A stretch of 58,641 nucleotides of DNA. Origin: a virus (lineage: Duplodnaviria; Caudoviricetes). Where the stretch lies: IMG/VR virus record IMGVR_UViG_3300032303_000399, positions 1 through 58,641 of that record; one strand, 5' to 3'. A program made the translations under genes and the position numbers. The notes under the pieces are model-generated. The model was not told the origin of the DNA, made no database searches, and was given only the letters and a program-made list of their open reading frames with translations. This document shows positions 47,204-55,242 of this stretch, one piece after another; position 1 is the stretch's first letter, and each line of letters opens with the position of its first letter.

Positions 47204-47264
47204 TTGACTTTTTCTCAAAATAAGTCTATATTAAATTATAAGATGAAGAGAAGGAAATTGCATA
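47204..47264 (+). promoter_or_regulatory. Repeated early promoter-RBS cassette, copy 7 (type B)
   Basis: Near-identical to copy 2. Confidence 0.85.
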
Positions 47265-47465
47265 ATGGCACTTGTTAATGTAATTTATCGGGTTCGTTGC
47301 ATCGAAAGCGAACGTGGCTGGGGACAAAAGCCCTTCTGCGTAGACTTCGATACACGCGCTGAGGCTGAAGCGTATATGGAGAGTATGAACGCTAAGAACA
47401 ACCTACCGTACGTACCAGACTATTACGAGCGTGCTATCGGGATTGATGTGATGGAGGGTGCATAA
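47265..47465 (+). CDS. Early hypothetical protein
   Basis: IESERGWGQK and VPDYY motifs. Confidence 0.72.
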   Translation: MALVNVIYRVRCIESERGWGQKPFCVDFDTRAEAEAYMESMNAKNNLPYVPDYYERAIGIDVMEGA

Positions 47466-47650
47466 TGAAGTCTCCTATCGTAGAATACTTTGGATTGAAC
47501 ACTGTTGAGCTAGCTATCGCAGACTACTTTAGTTCAAACGGGCTCAATGAAAATGTTCGTGATAATTTGATGCTATTGTCGATCAACAAGCCCGAAGACT
47601 TTTTCGATATCGTTGACGATTACGTAATGCGTACCGTAAAAATAAAATAA
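47465..47650 (+). CDS. Hypothetical protein
   Basis: GGAGG RBS; coupled. Confidence 0.6.
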   Translation: MKSPIVEYFGLNTVELAIADYFSSNGLNENVRDNLMLLSINKPEDFFDIVDDYVMRTVKIK

Positions 47651-47672
47651 CCTGTTTATAGAAAGATATAAT

Positions 47673-47972
47673 ATGCTAATTGAAACACAGACCTCTATTA
47701 AGAACAACGATGTTGTCAGCGTTAAACTACTAGGCGGAGATGAAGTTGTCGGCCGTTTTGTTGAAAATGATTCTGAAGCGTACCTAACACTATCTAAGCC
47801 TATGCTGGTTATGATGGGGCAGCAAGGCTTTGGTCTTGGGCCTTTTATTATGACTGCTAATCCAGACCTTGCTAAGGTAGATATTAAGCAGACCTCTGTT
47901 GTGTCTGTTGTTAAGACCTACGAGCCGGTGGCTAAGGAATACCTCAAACAAACTACTGGCCTTATTACCTAG
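47673..47972 (+). CDS. Sm-like-fold hypothetical protein
   Basis: VSVKLLGGDEVVGRF...LSKP...YLKQTTGL. Confidence 0.65.
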   Translation: MLIETQTSIKNNDVVSVKLLGGDEVVGRFVENDSEAYLTLSKPMLVMMGQQGFGLGPFIMTANPDLAKVDIKQTSVVSVVKTYEPVAKEYLKQTTGLIT

Positions 47973-47980
47973 CAGGTAAC

Positions 47981-48100
47981 GTGAAACACCTAAAATATTT
48001 TAATATACTAGAAAAAGTAGCTATCGCATCGGAGCCTGTTTTCAGGCAACGGATAGCTGCTTTCCTCGTATATAAAAGTCCTATGATACAGACGTTATAA
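47981..48100 (+). pseudogene. Possible truncated gene (deaminase-like N-terminus)
   Basis: MKHLKYFNILEKVAIASEPVFRQRIAAFLVYK, then a stop inside the late promoter. Confidence 0.35.
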
Positions 48101-48103
48101 ATA
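48096..48103 (+). promoter_or_regulatory. Late promoter TATAAATA heading the glycosylation cluster
   Basis: Exact consensus. Confidence 0.75.
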
Positions 48104-48150
48104 AGAGTACAATTTGATATTAAGCATGTACACTATTGACGGGGAAATAA

Positions 48151-49017
48151 ATGATGAAAAAAGATCTAGTAATAGGTGCTATCACTGGCTATAATTTTAA
48201 TTCTATTGCGCCTTGGGTTAACTCTTTAGAGCGTTCCGGCTACGCTGGTGATAAAGCTATGATCTGTTACGATGTGCCTTTCGAAACAGTCGAACAACTT
48301 ACAAGTAGAGGGTATAAGGTGTTCGTATTTGATCAGAATGATCAAGAACGTAGATTCGAATATAAGGCAAAGTCTAAGTTTCATATTGTATGTGAGCGCT
48401 TCTATCACCTTTGGAAGATTCTTCAGGATTATAAAGGTGAATATAGGTATATTATCACCACCGATGTTAGAGATGTTGTTTTCCAGCGTAATCCTATTGA
48501 ATGGCTTGAAAAGAATTTAGGAGAAAAGAAGGTCGTTGGATCGTCCGAATCTATTAAGTTCGGCGATGAGGAGTGGGGCGATTTAGTACTGAAGAGCCAA
48601 TACGGCGAAGATATCCGTCAGGCTTTTCAAGATAAAATAATTTATAATGCGGGTGTCATGTCTGGCGACTTTGATACTATGGTGGATTTGTTCTTACAAA
48701 TTTATCTACTATGCGAAGCCGCACCATCTCATTGGAATAAGAATCTGGGCGGACCAGATCAAGCAGCGTATAATATTTTAGCACACTCTAAGCCATGGAC
48801 TGATGTCACTCGGCATACTTCATCTGAAGAGGGCTGGGCAGCGCAGTTGGGCGGCACTGGTCCCCAAATGCAATATAGGTTCGATAAACTAGTAGAAAAT
48901 AGACCTGTTATGACAGGCAATAAATTATACACTTCTTCAGGAGAGCTGTTCTATATTGTTCATCAATATGATCGTGTACATGAATGGAGAAATATTATCA
49001 TGGAGCAATATGTATGA
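48151..49017 (+). CDS. GT-A-fold glycosyltransferase-like protein
   Basis: TDVRDVVFQRNP, NAGV, DQAAYN and VHQYDR. Confidence 0.75.
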   Translation: MMKKDLVIGAITGYNFNSIAPWVNSLERSGYAGDKAMICYDVPFETVEQLTSRGYKVFVFDQNDQERRFEYKAKSKFHIVCERFYHLWKILQDYKGEYRYIITTDVRDVVFQRNPIEWLEKNLGEKKVVGSSESIKFGDEEWGDLVLKSQYGEDIRQAFQDKIIYNAGVMSGDFDTMVDLFLQIYLLCEAAPSHWNKNLGGPDQAAYNILAHSKPWTDVTRHTSSEEGWAAQLGGTGPQMQYRFDKLVENRPVMTGNKLYTSSGELFYIVHQYDRVHEWRNIIMEQYV

Positions 49018-49772
49018 AACCCACTTTAATATTTTGCCCTGTAGGACAACAACTTCCTATAGATGGCAAATGTCCCGATAATCATTGGCGTCGAACTGAC
49101 AGAGAGTTTAGAGAATATAAAACACTTATTATTAATTATAATTATGAGTCAGGATTTGTACCTGAAGAATATTCCTATGATTATATAATCAATAAGCGAG
49201 GTTTTAAATGGTCTTTATCGCAAGAATATATGCGAGAGAATAAAGATATGCTCATGAGTCAATATGAATATATTGGTATGTGGGATGATGATGTTCAGAC
49301 TGATATCGAATCTCTTAATTGCGCTATCAATACCGCACATTCACAAAACGCTAAGATTTGGCAACTTTCTGTTTCTAAAGAATCAGAATCTTCTTGGTCG
49401 ATTCTACAGAATAATCCGGATCTAGAGTATACTTTTACAAATTTTACCGAAATCATGTGTCCTGTTTATCATACATCTCTTATTCCTATGATGCTTGAGT
49501 TTTGGAGTATGTATGATATATACACAGGTTGGGGGTTCGATAGAGTAGTGTGTGAACTAGCACAAGAGCCCGCTATGATTATACATTCTCGACAAATGTA
49601 TCATCCACACCGTGAGTCTTCTTACGATAAGACAGAGGCATTGAAAGAACACCAAAGATGCATAGAACAAGCGTATCCTCTATATTATAAAAAACTCTAT
49701 AATGAAGATATTGTATATGAGGATAGGCAGATCGTATACCGAGAAGTTAAAAGGAGAATACTTAATGGCTAA
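49014..49772 (+). CDS. DUF707-like glycosyltransferase
   Basis: GFKW, WDDD, TNFTEIMCP and GWGFD. Confidence 0.7.
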   Translation: MKPTLIFCPVGQQLPIDGKCPDNHWRRTDREFREYKTLIINYNYESGFVPEEYSYDYIINKRGFKWSLSQEYMRENKDMLMSQYEYIGMWDDDVQTDIESLNCAINTAHSQNAKIWQLSVSKESESSWSILQNNPDLEYTFTNFTEIMCPVYHTSLIPMMLEFWSMYDIYTGWGFDRVVCELAQEPAMIIHSRQMYHPHRESSYDKTEALKEHQRCIEQAYPLYYKKLYNEDIVYEDRQIVYREVKRRILNG

Positions 49773-50355
49773 TGTTTTTTTAGATCTTGGCACTCATTTT
49801 GGACAGGGTCTTCAGCACTTCATACAGCGTTTCAATATGAACGAGACGTGGACTATTCATACGTTCGAAGCTAATCCAGTTACGTATCAGATCTTCCTAG
49901 ATGACTTTCATAAAGAAGTTCCTTGGGTAAAGGCACACAATCTAGCTATTTGTGATTATAATGGTATTATAACTATCAATATAGAGACACCTCCTGGTGA
50001 AGGTGAAACGGGTATGGGTTCGTCAGTAATTGCCCTAGACGTCTGGAATCCTTGGGACGATAAGCTAAGAGAAAATTTCAAGACATCAGCAGAAGTACCT
50101 TGTGTTGATTTATCAGAATTTATCAGAACTAACTTTAGTCCAGATGATAATATTGTGATTAAGATGGATATCGAAGGCGCTGAATACAATACACTTGAGA
50201 AGATGATTGCCGATAAGACACTTGATTATGTCAGCAATATTTCAATCGAATGGCATTCTCGTTTCTTTACCAATGTAGAGGAAATGCGGGAAAGAGAAAA
50301 CAGAATCAAAAATTATATGAATGAACAAAATATCTCTCTAGGAGAGTGGCAATGA
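49765..50355 (+). CDS. FkbM-family methyltransferase
   Basis: LDLGTHFG, FEANP, KMDIEGAE and IEWH. Confidence 0.9.
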   Translation: MANVFLDLGTHFGQGLQHFIQRFNMNETWTIHTFEANPVTYQIFLDDFHKEVPWVKAHNLAICDYNGIITINIETPPGEGETGMGSSVIALDVWNPWDDKLRENFKTSAEVPCVDLSEFIRTNFSPDDNIVIKMDIEGAEYNTLEKMIADKTLDYVSNISIEWHSRFFTNVEEMRERENRIKNYMNEQNISLGEWQ

Positions 50356-51155
50356 CACAAGGGTATTTGCTATTAGCATTGGGAAAAAGGTTTATTGAAG
50401 AATGTGCATTACTAGCAAACACAATTCGTAAACAGAATGATACACGTCCAATCAGTGTTGTTATTCACCCAGAAGATCACGAATATGTATTAAGTAAAGG
50501 CATATTTGATCAACTTATACATTTTAAACCTGAAGGTACTCTTTGGAATGAATGCCAAAATAACTTCGAAAAATACTGTTTATATCCTAGACTTAATTTT
50601 CCAGAATATCTAGTTTATGATGAAACTATCATAGTTGATAGTGATGAACTATGTCAGTTTAACTCCGATCATGTTTGGACATATCTTTCCAACAGGTCTT
50701 GCCCTGTTGCTATGACCGGTAGATCGTATGATTCTAATTGGCATTGGGGAACTATATCTGACGTATGGCACCGTTACGGAAAACACGTACCTCATGTTCA
50801 TGGTGGATTCTTCTATCTTCGTAAAAGTTCTTTTCTAGATGAATTTTTTGAATATAGTAGAGAAGTCTTTTGGAAGTATGATGAATATGGATGCAAACGC
50901 TGGTATCAGAATGGAAGAGTAGATGAAATTATTTTTGCTATAACACATTCAAAATTTAATCTATCTCCTGTAGAATTTGATGAGTACCCTATTATTACTT
51001 TTAATTATACTTCAGATATGCAAATTCCATCTAAACTTCAGACAGAAAATGGACAGAATGTAGAACTAAGAAACTACATTCCGTTCGTACATATGTTTGA
51101 TAAAATGTATGGAGACAACTTTAAGTCACTATATAATAAAATTATGAGAAACTAA
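50352..51155 (+). CDS. Glycosyltransferase-like protein (GT8-like DxD)
   Basis: VDSD, HGGFFY and DEIIFA. Confidence 0.65.
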   Translation: MTQGYLLLALGKRFIEECALLANTIRKQNDTRPISVVIHPEDHEYVLSKGIFDQLIHFKPEGTLWNECQNNFEKYCLYPRLNFPEYLVYDETIIVDSDELCQFNSDHVWTYLSNRSCPVAMTGRSYDSNWHWGTISDVWHRYGKHVPHVHGGFFYLRKSSFLDEFFEYSREVFWKYDEYGCKRWYQNGRVDEIIFAITHSKFNLSPVEFDEYPIITFNYTSDMQIPSKLQTENGQNVELRNYIPFVHMFDKMYGDNFKSLYNKIMRN

Positions 51156-51169
51156 TATAGGAAATAGTA

Positions 51170-51364
51170 ATGGAACATTTTTATACAAAAATTAATGGAT
51201 GGTTAGATTTTCAAAATACCTACACAAGAATGGTCAATGAACATAGTGATGGGGCGCACTTTGTAGAGGTTGGAACACCAAATGTTTATGAAGCAGTCAA
51301 CGAATTATTTCCTAATGATTTTCAGGTTGTTGATGGCGTATCTTGGATTCACCGAAAAAAATGA
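51170..51364 (+). pseudogene. Internally deleted class I methyltransferase
   Basis: N-terminus (HFY..I.GW...HFVEVG) joined directly to C-terminus (P.V..AV.E); matches both ends of the MTase domain in 23795-25159. Confidence 0.7.
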
Positions 51365-52476
51365 TGTATGATTATCTTATTATAGGCGCTGGCCTATTCG
51401 GTTCGACCTTTGCTCGATTGGCTACTGACGCAGGTAAAAAATGCCTGATTGTTGAGCAACGGGACCATGTAGGCGGAAATGTTTACTCAGAAGAACAAGA
51501 AGGCATTCAGGTACACACCTACGGACCTCACATATTCCACTGCAATGACGATGGTATCTGGGAGTTTGTAAATCGTTTTTCTAAGTTCAATAATTTTATC
51601 TACATGCCTAAAGCCCGATATGAAGATAGATTGTATTCATTACCTTTCAATATGAATACGTTTTATGAAATATGGGGCGTTACAACACCAGAGCAAGCTA
51701 GAAATAGAATTGCTACCGAAGCTGCAAATTATAAGAGCATGCTTGGTAGGGAACCTGAGAATCTGGAAGAGCAAGCTATCTCGATGGTAGGGCCTGATAT
51801 CTATGAAAGGCTAGTTAAGCATTATACCACGAAACAATGGCAACGTGACCCGAAAGATCTTCCGGCGTTTATCATTAAGCGTCTACCTGTTCGTTTCACC
51901 TACGATAATAATTATTTTAATGACAAATATCAGGGTATACCTATCGGGGGGTACGGTCGTATGATGATTAATATGATTGAAGGTATAGACGTTCAAATTA
52001 ATACTAACTTCTTTGAGAGCCGTAACAGTCAGATGCTTAAAGCAAAGAAGATTGTATATACTGGAAAGATTGATGAGTACTTCGATTACCAGTTTGGTGA
52101 GCTCGAGTATCGCACTCTACGTTTTGAACACGAGTGGTACAACACTGATAATCATCAAGGCGTTGCTGTTATTAATGATACAGGACCAGATAATCCATGG
52201 ACCCGTATTATTGAACACAAACTATTTGAACCAGAAGTAAAAACTCCCCGTACTATTGTAACCAAAGAAATACCCGATACTTGGTCACGTGGTAAGATAC
52301 CTTACTATCCAATTAATGATGAAAAAAATCAGACGGTCTATAACCAATATCGGGATTTGGCTGAGCAAGAAGAAAATGTAATCTTCGGCGGACGCCTTTC
52401 AGAATATCGTTATTATGATATGCACCAGGTCATTGGTAGTGCAATGGCTGCATGGAGAAAGGAAAGCAACATATGA
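51361..52476 (+). CDS. glf: UDP-galactopyranose mutase
   Basis: GAGLFG, HVGGN, YGPHIFH, YFNDKYQGIP, PYYP and GRLSEYRYYDMHQ. Confidence 0.96.
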   Translation: MMYDYLIIGAGLFGSTFARLATDAGKKCLIVEQRDHVGGNVYSEEQEGIQVHTYGPHIFHCNDDGIWEFVNRFSKFNNFIYMPKARYEDRLYSLPFNMNTFYEIWGVTTPEQARNRIATEAANYKSMLGREPENLEEQAISMVGPDIYERLVKHYTTKQWQRDPKDLPAFIIKRLPVRFTYDNNYFNDKYQGIPIGGYGRMMINMIEGIDVQINTNFFESRNSQMLKAKKIVYTGKIDEYFDYQFGELEYRTLRFEHEWYNTDNHQGVAVINDTGPDNPWTRIIEHKLFEPEVKTPRTIVTKEIPDTWSRGKIPYYPINDEKNQTVYNQYRDLAEQEENVIFGGRLSEYRYYDMHQVIGSAMAAWRKESNI

Positions 52477-53279
52477 AATATTATCTATCAATAGCAGCAA
52501 TCTTTAAAAATGAAACCTGGGGTATGCAGGAATGGCTAGATCATCACCTAGCACATGGTGTCGAACATTTTTATCTAGTGAACGACGGTTCTACAGATGA
52601 TTATATGAGTATATTGGGTTCATATATTGAAGCTGGCAAGGTAACACTATATCAGAATGATATTATAGAACGTTATACATGGCGACAGGTTCATATTAAT
52701 AACAAATACTTTCTTCCTATATTAAAAGAATCTCAGTGGGTTGCAAATATTGATCTAGATGAGTACCTGTATAGTACAGATACTCTAAGTCTTAAAGACG
52801 CACTTAGGTGTTATGAAAATTTTGGTTCTGTTTATGTAAGATGGGCATATTATACATCTAACGGGCATATTACACAACCGAAAGGTATTGTGGAATCCTT
52901 TACTACGCGCTGTGAATTGGGTGCTGTTGTTTATTGTCGTGCACCAGACGATACACATCCAAAGTATATAAGATCTGATGAACCCAAAGTTATTATGAAT
53001 AGTAATTATCCTACTACATCACTAAACATTCATAGTACTGATACACAAGGTATATCTATTAGTGGTTCGCATAACTTTCCGCAACTTTTAATCAATCATT
53101 ATCAGTTACAATCCCGTGAATATTGGGAGACAATTAAGATGAACCGGGGAGATGTTAATTATTGGTTTAAAGGACACCCACGTAATTTTGAACTATATGA
53201 CGCCTTTGATGCAGCGGGTATTGTACAAGATACAAGACTTAGGGATCAGAATAGAGCTTTATTTGGATCTTATAAATAA
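52473..53279 (+). CDS. GT2/GT92-like glycosyltransferase
   Basis: FKNE...EWLDHH..GVEHFYL.NDGSTD, IDLDEY and INHY. Confidence 0.82.
   Translation: MKYYLSIAAIFKNETWGMQEWLDHHLAHGVEHFYLVNDGSTDDYMSILGSYIEAGKVTLYQNDIIERYTWRQVHINNKYFLPILKESQWVANIDLDEYLYSTDTLSLKDALRCYENFGSVYVRWAYYTSNGHITQPKGIVESFTTRCELGAVVYCRAPDDTHPKYIRSDEPKVIMNSNYPTTSLNIHSTDTQGISISGSHNFPQLLINHYQLQSREYWETIKMNRGDVNYWFKGHPRNFELYDAFDAAGIVQDTRLRDQNRALFGSYK
53271..53278 (+). promoter_or_regulatory. Late promoter TATAAATA heading the internal-protein operon
   Basis: Exact consensus. Confidence 0.78.
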
Positions 53280-53305
53280 TAGGAATTAAACATTCCGAGG
53301 TCCTA

Positions 53306-54286
53306 ATGAAACGTTTTATCCAATACTTTTTTGAAGCTAATGAGGATAAAGTATCTTCTAATACCAAAGCTGTGCTTCACGAACTATTAGTAGGCAGACA
53401 TCTAAATGGTGGTAAGCATATGGAAGCACATCCAAATGCTGAAGGTGAAACCCCTGAACAAGCACATGATAGATTAAAGTCTACCCTAACAGATGCCCAA
53501 TATAATGAAATCAACAATAAAGCAAAAGTAGCTGCTGATGATATTCATAAAAAGGTGGGTAAGCATGGCGAAGTACATAGAGTACAATGGACATCAAAAG
53601 CGGGCGACTTACACCGTGCTACAGGTATTCATGCCACACAGCTTCAAGATGCTTCGGACATAGTAGTTACTACCAAGGATAAAAATGGTAAGATAAAGCA
53701 TCATGGTGTTAGTCTTAAGGTCACAGATAAGAAAGATAAGCATGTTCCTGTAACAAATCCAGGTATGGAGAGTACATATGGTGGTGCTGAAATTCTTAGA
53801 AAGCATAAGGAAGAAATAGCCAAGGCACACCCAGAACTTGCTAACATTAAAGGTACTAAGGCTAAAAAAGCATGGATGAAAGCCAATCCAAAAGTTAACG
53901 CAGATATTAGAGCCAGAAATACTAAAGCACTGAATGATGTTACAGAACATCTTCATAATAAACTTAATTCTATGTCTAGCGAGGAGCTAGTACATCACAT
54001 TAGACACTATGTTCTTGCAGCACACCCTACACCGATGCAAGGTCAGGGACATGAACATTTTAGACATACTACTGGCGGTGTTGGAGGAGATTATTCGATC
54101 CATCATGCCAATCCAGATCAAGATCACGAACATATTCTAAATGATCATGGAAATATCTCAACTCAACGCAGAGGTACCTCTATTGTATTCTTGCATAAGG
54201 ATAAGCCTTTTGCGAAGCATAGAATGAAGTTTGAAAACCAGGGCAATCCAAATAGCAGTGTTAAAGGCTCTGGAGAACTAATGTGA
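53306..54286 (+). CDS. Putative internal protein with a restriction-endonuclease-like motif
   Basis: MKRFIQYFFE N-terminus; HE...SDIVV...GVSLK; His/Lys-rich. Confidence 0.6.
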   Translation: MKRFIQYFFEANEDKVSSNTKAVLHELLVGRHLNGGKHMEAHPNAEGETPEQAHDRLKSTLTDAQYNEINNKAKVAADDIHKKVGKHGEVHRVQWTSKAGDLHRATGIHATQLQDASDIVVTTKDKNGKIKHHGVSLKVTDKKDKHVPVTNPGMESTYGGAEILRKHKEEIAKAHPELANIKGTKAKKAWMKANPKVNADIRARNTKALNDVTEHLHNKLNSMSSEELVHHIRHYVLAAHPTPMQGQGHEHFRHTTGGVGGDYSIHHANPDQDHEHILNDHGNISTQRRGTSIVFLHKDKPFAKHRMKFENQGNPNSSVKGSGELM

Positions 54287-55242
54287 TTAGATTTAAAACA
54301 TTTATTACAGAATCCATTCGTCAAGGTCTACCTCACTTAGCGTCTACAAAGACAGCTGCTGGTAACGATACACCATCACTATCCACAGATCAGTTCCGTA
54401 ACCTGGTAAAGGGCGGCAGAGTACATATTAATGATGTAACAGAAAAAACTGATGGACAGACCTTTAAGTTCGGACACGACAAACACGGCTTCTATACACA
54501 GCACTCTGGATCCGGGGACGAACGTATTCGTACTGGAGAAGGACATATTGAACGAGCCAAAAGAAGAGCACAAGAGACTGGTAAGCCATATGAGCCTACC
54601 GGTCCTGAAGCTATGGCTAAATTTCATAACGCGCTACAAAATAATAAAGCACTACAAGCACATCTAAAAGACCAGTACAAAAAGACAGGCAAAGAGGTGC
54701 AGGTGCGCGGTGAAGCTTTTAATCGTTCACTGGCACAGCCTGCTGGTAGGGGACATGTTAAGTTTGTACATACACCTTATTCAACACAAGGTATGGGTAG
54801 ACAAGGTTCGTTTATTATTCACTCTAAGTTACCTGAAAACCAAGATCATGATACAGAACACTTTAAAAAGAACTTGTCAGACTCTAATATTAATTTTGAC
54901 GACGATAAGGTAGCACATAAGCCTGGACACGTTGATGTTAAACCAGAAGAAAAAGAATTCAGAGGTTTAAATCACGAACTAATCAATAGCAGAACAACTC
55001 CAAAGAATAAGGCTCAAAAACTAGCAGAGATCGAAAAGTTCAATGCTATTAAAACTAGAGTCAGTGAAAAGGTTGGCGAACACTTAGGCAAACTAGGTAT
55101 TAAAAACAAATGGGGTAAAGGTACAGAGGGTCTTGTAGTACATCCTTCGGAAAAGAACCCAGACGCACCGCGTTTTAAAGCGATCAATCCAGCATTTAAA
55201 GAAGCTAAAGCCAAAGGCGGCAGGTTCGGAGAGAAAAAGTAA
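54283..55242 (+). CDS. Putative internal protein with ATP-dependent ligase-like motifs
   Basis: MIRFKTFITE N-terminus; TEKTDG (KxDG), RGE, EGLVV and FK. Confidence 0.65.
   Translation: MIRFKTFITESIRQGLPHLASTKTAAGNDTPSLSTDQFRNLVKGGRVHINDVTEKTDGQTFKFGHDKHGFYTQHSGSGDERIRTGEGHIERAKRRAQETGKPYEPTGPEAMAKFHNALQNNKALQAHLKDQYKKTGKEVQVRGEAFNRSLAQPAGRGHVKFVHTPYSTQGMGRQGSFIIHSKLPENQDHDTEHFKKNLSDSNINFDDDKVAHKPGHVDVKPEEKEFRGLNHELINSRTTPKNKAQKLAEIEKFNAIKTRVSEKVGEHLGKLGIKNKWGKGTEGLVVHPSEKNPDAPRFKAINPAFKEAKAKGGRFGEKK

Noticed and set aside
26933-47264. Dispersed repeats as a CRISPR array or attC-type integron sites
   Set aside because: Spacing is irregular and gene-sized, the repeats match promoter + RBS consensus, and no cas or integrase gene is present.
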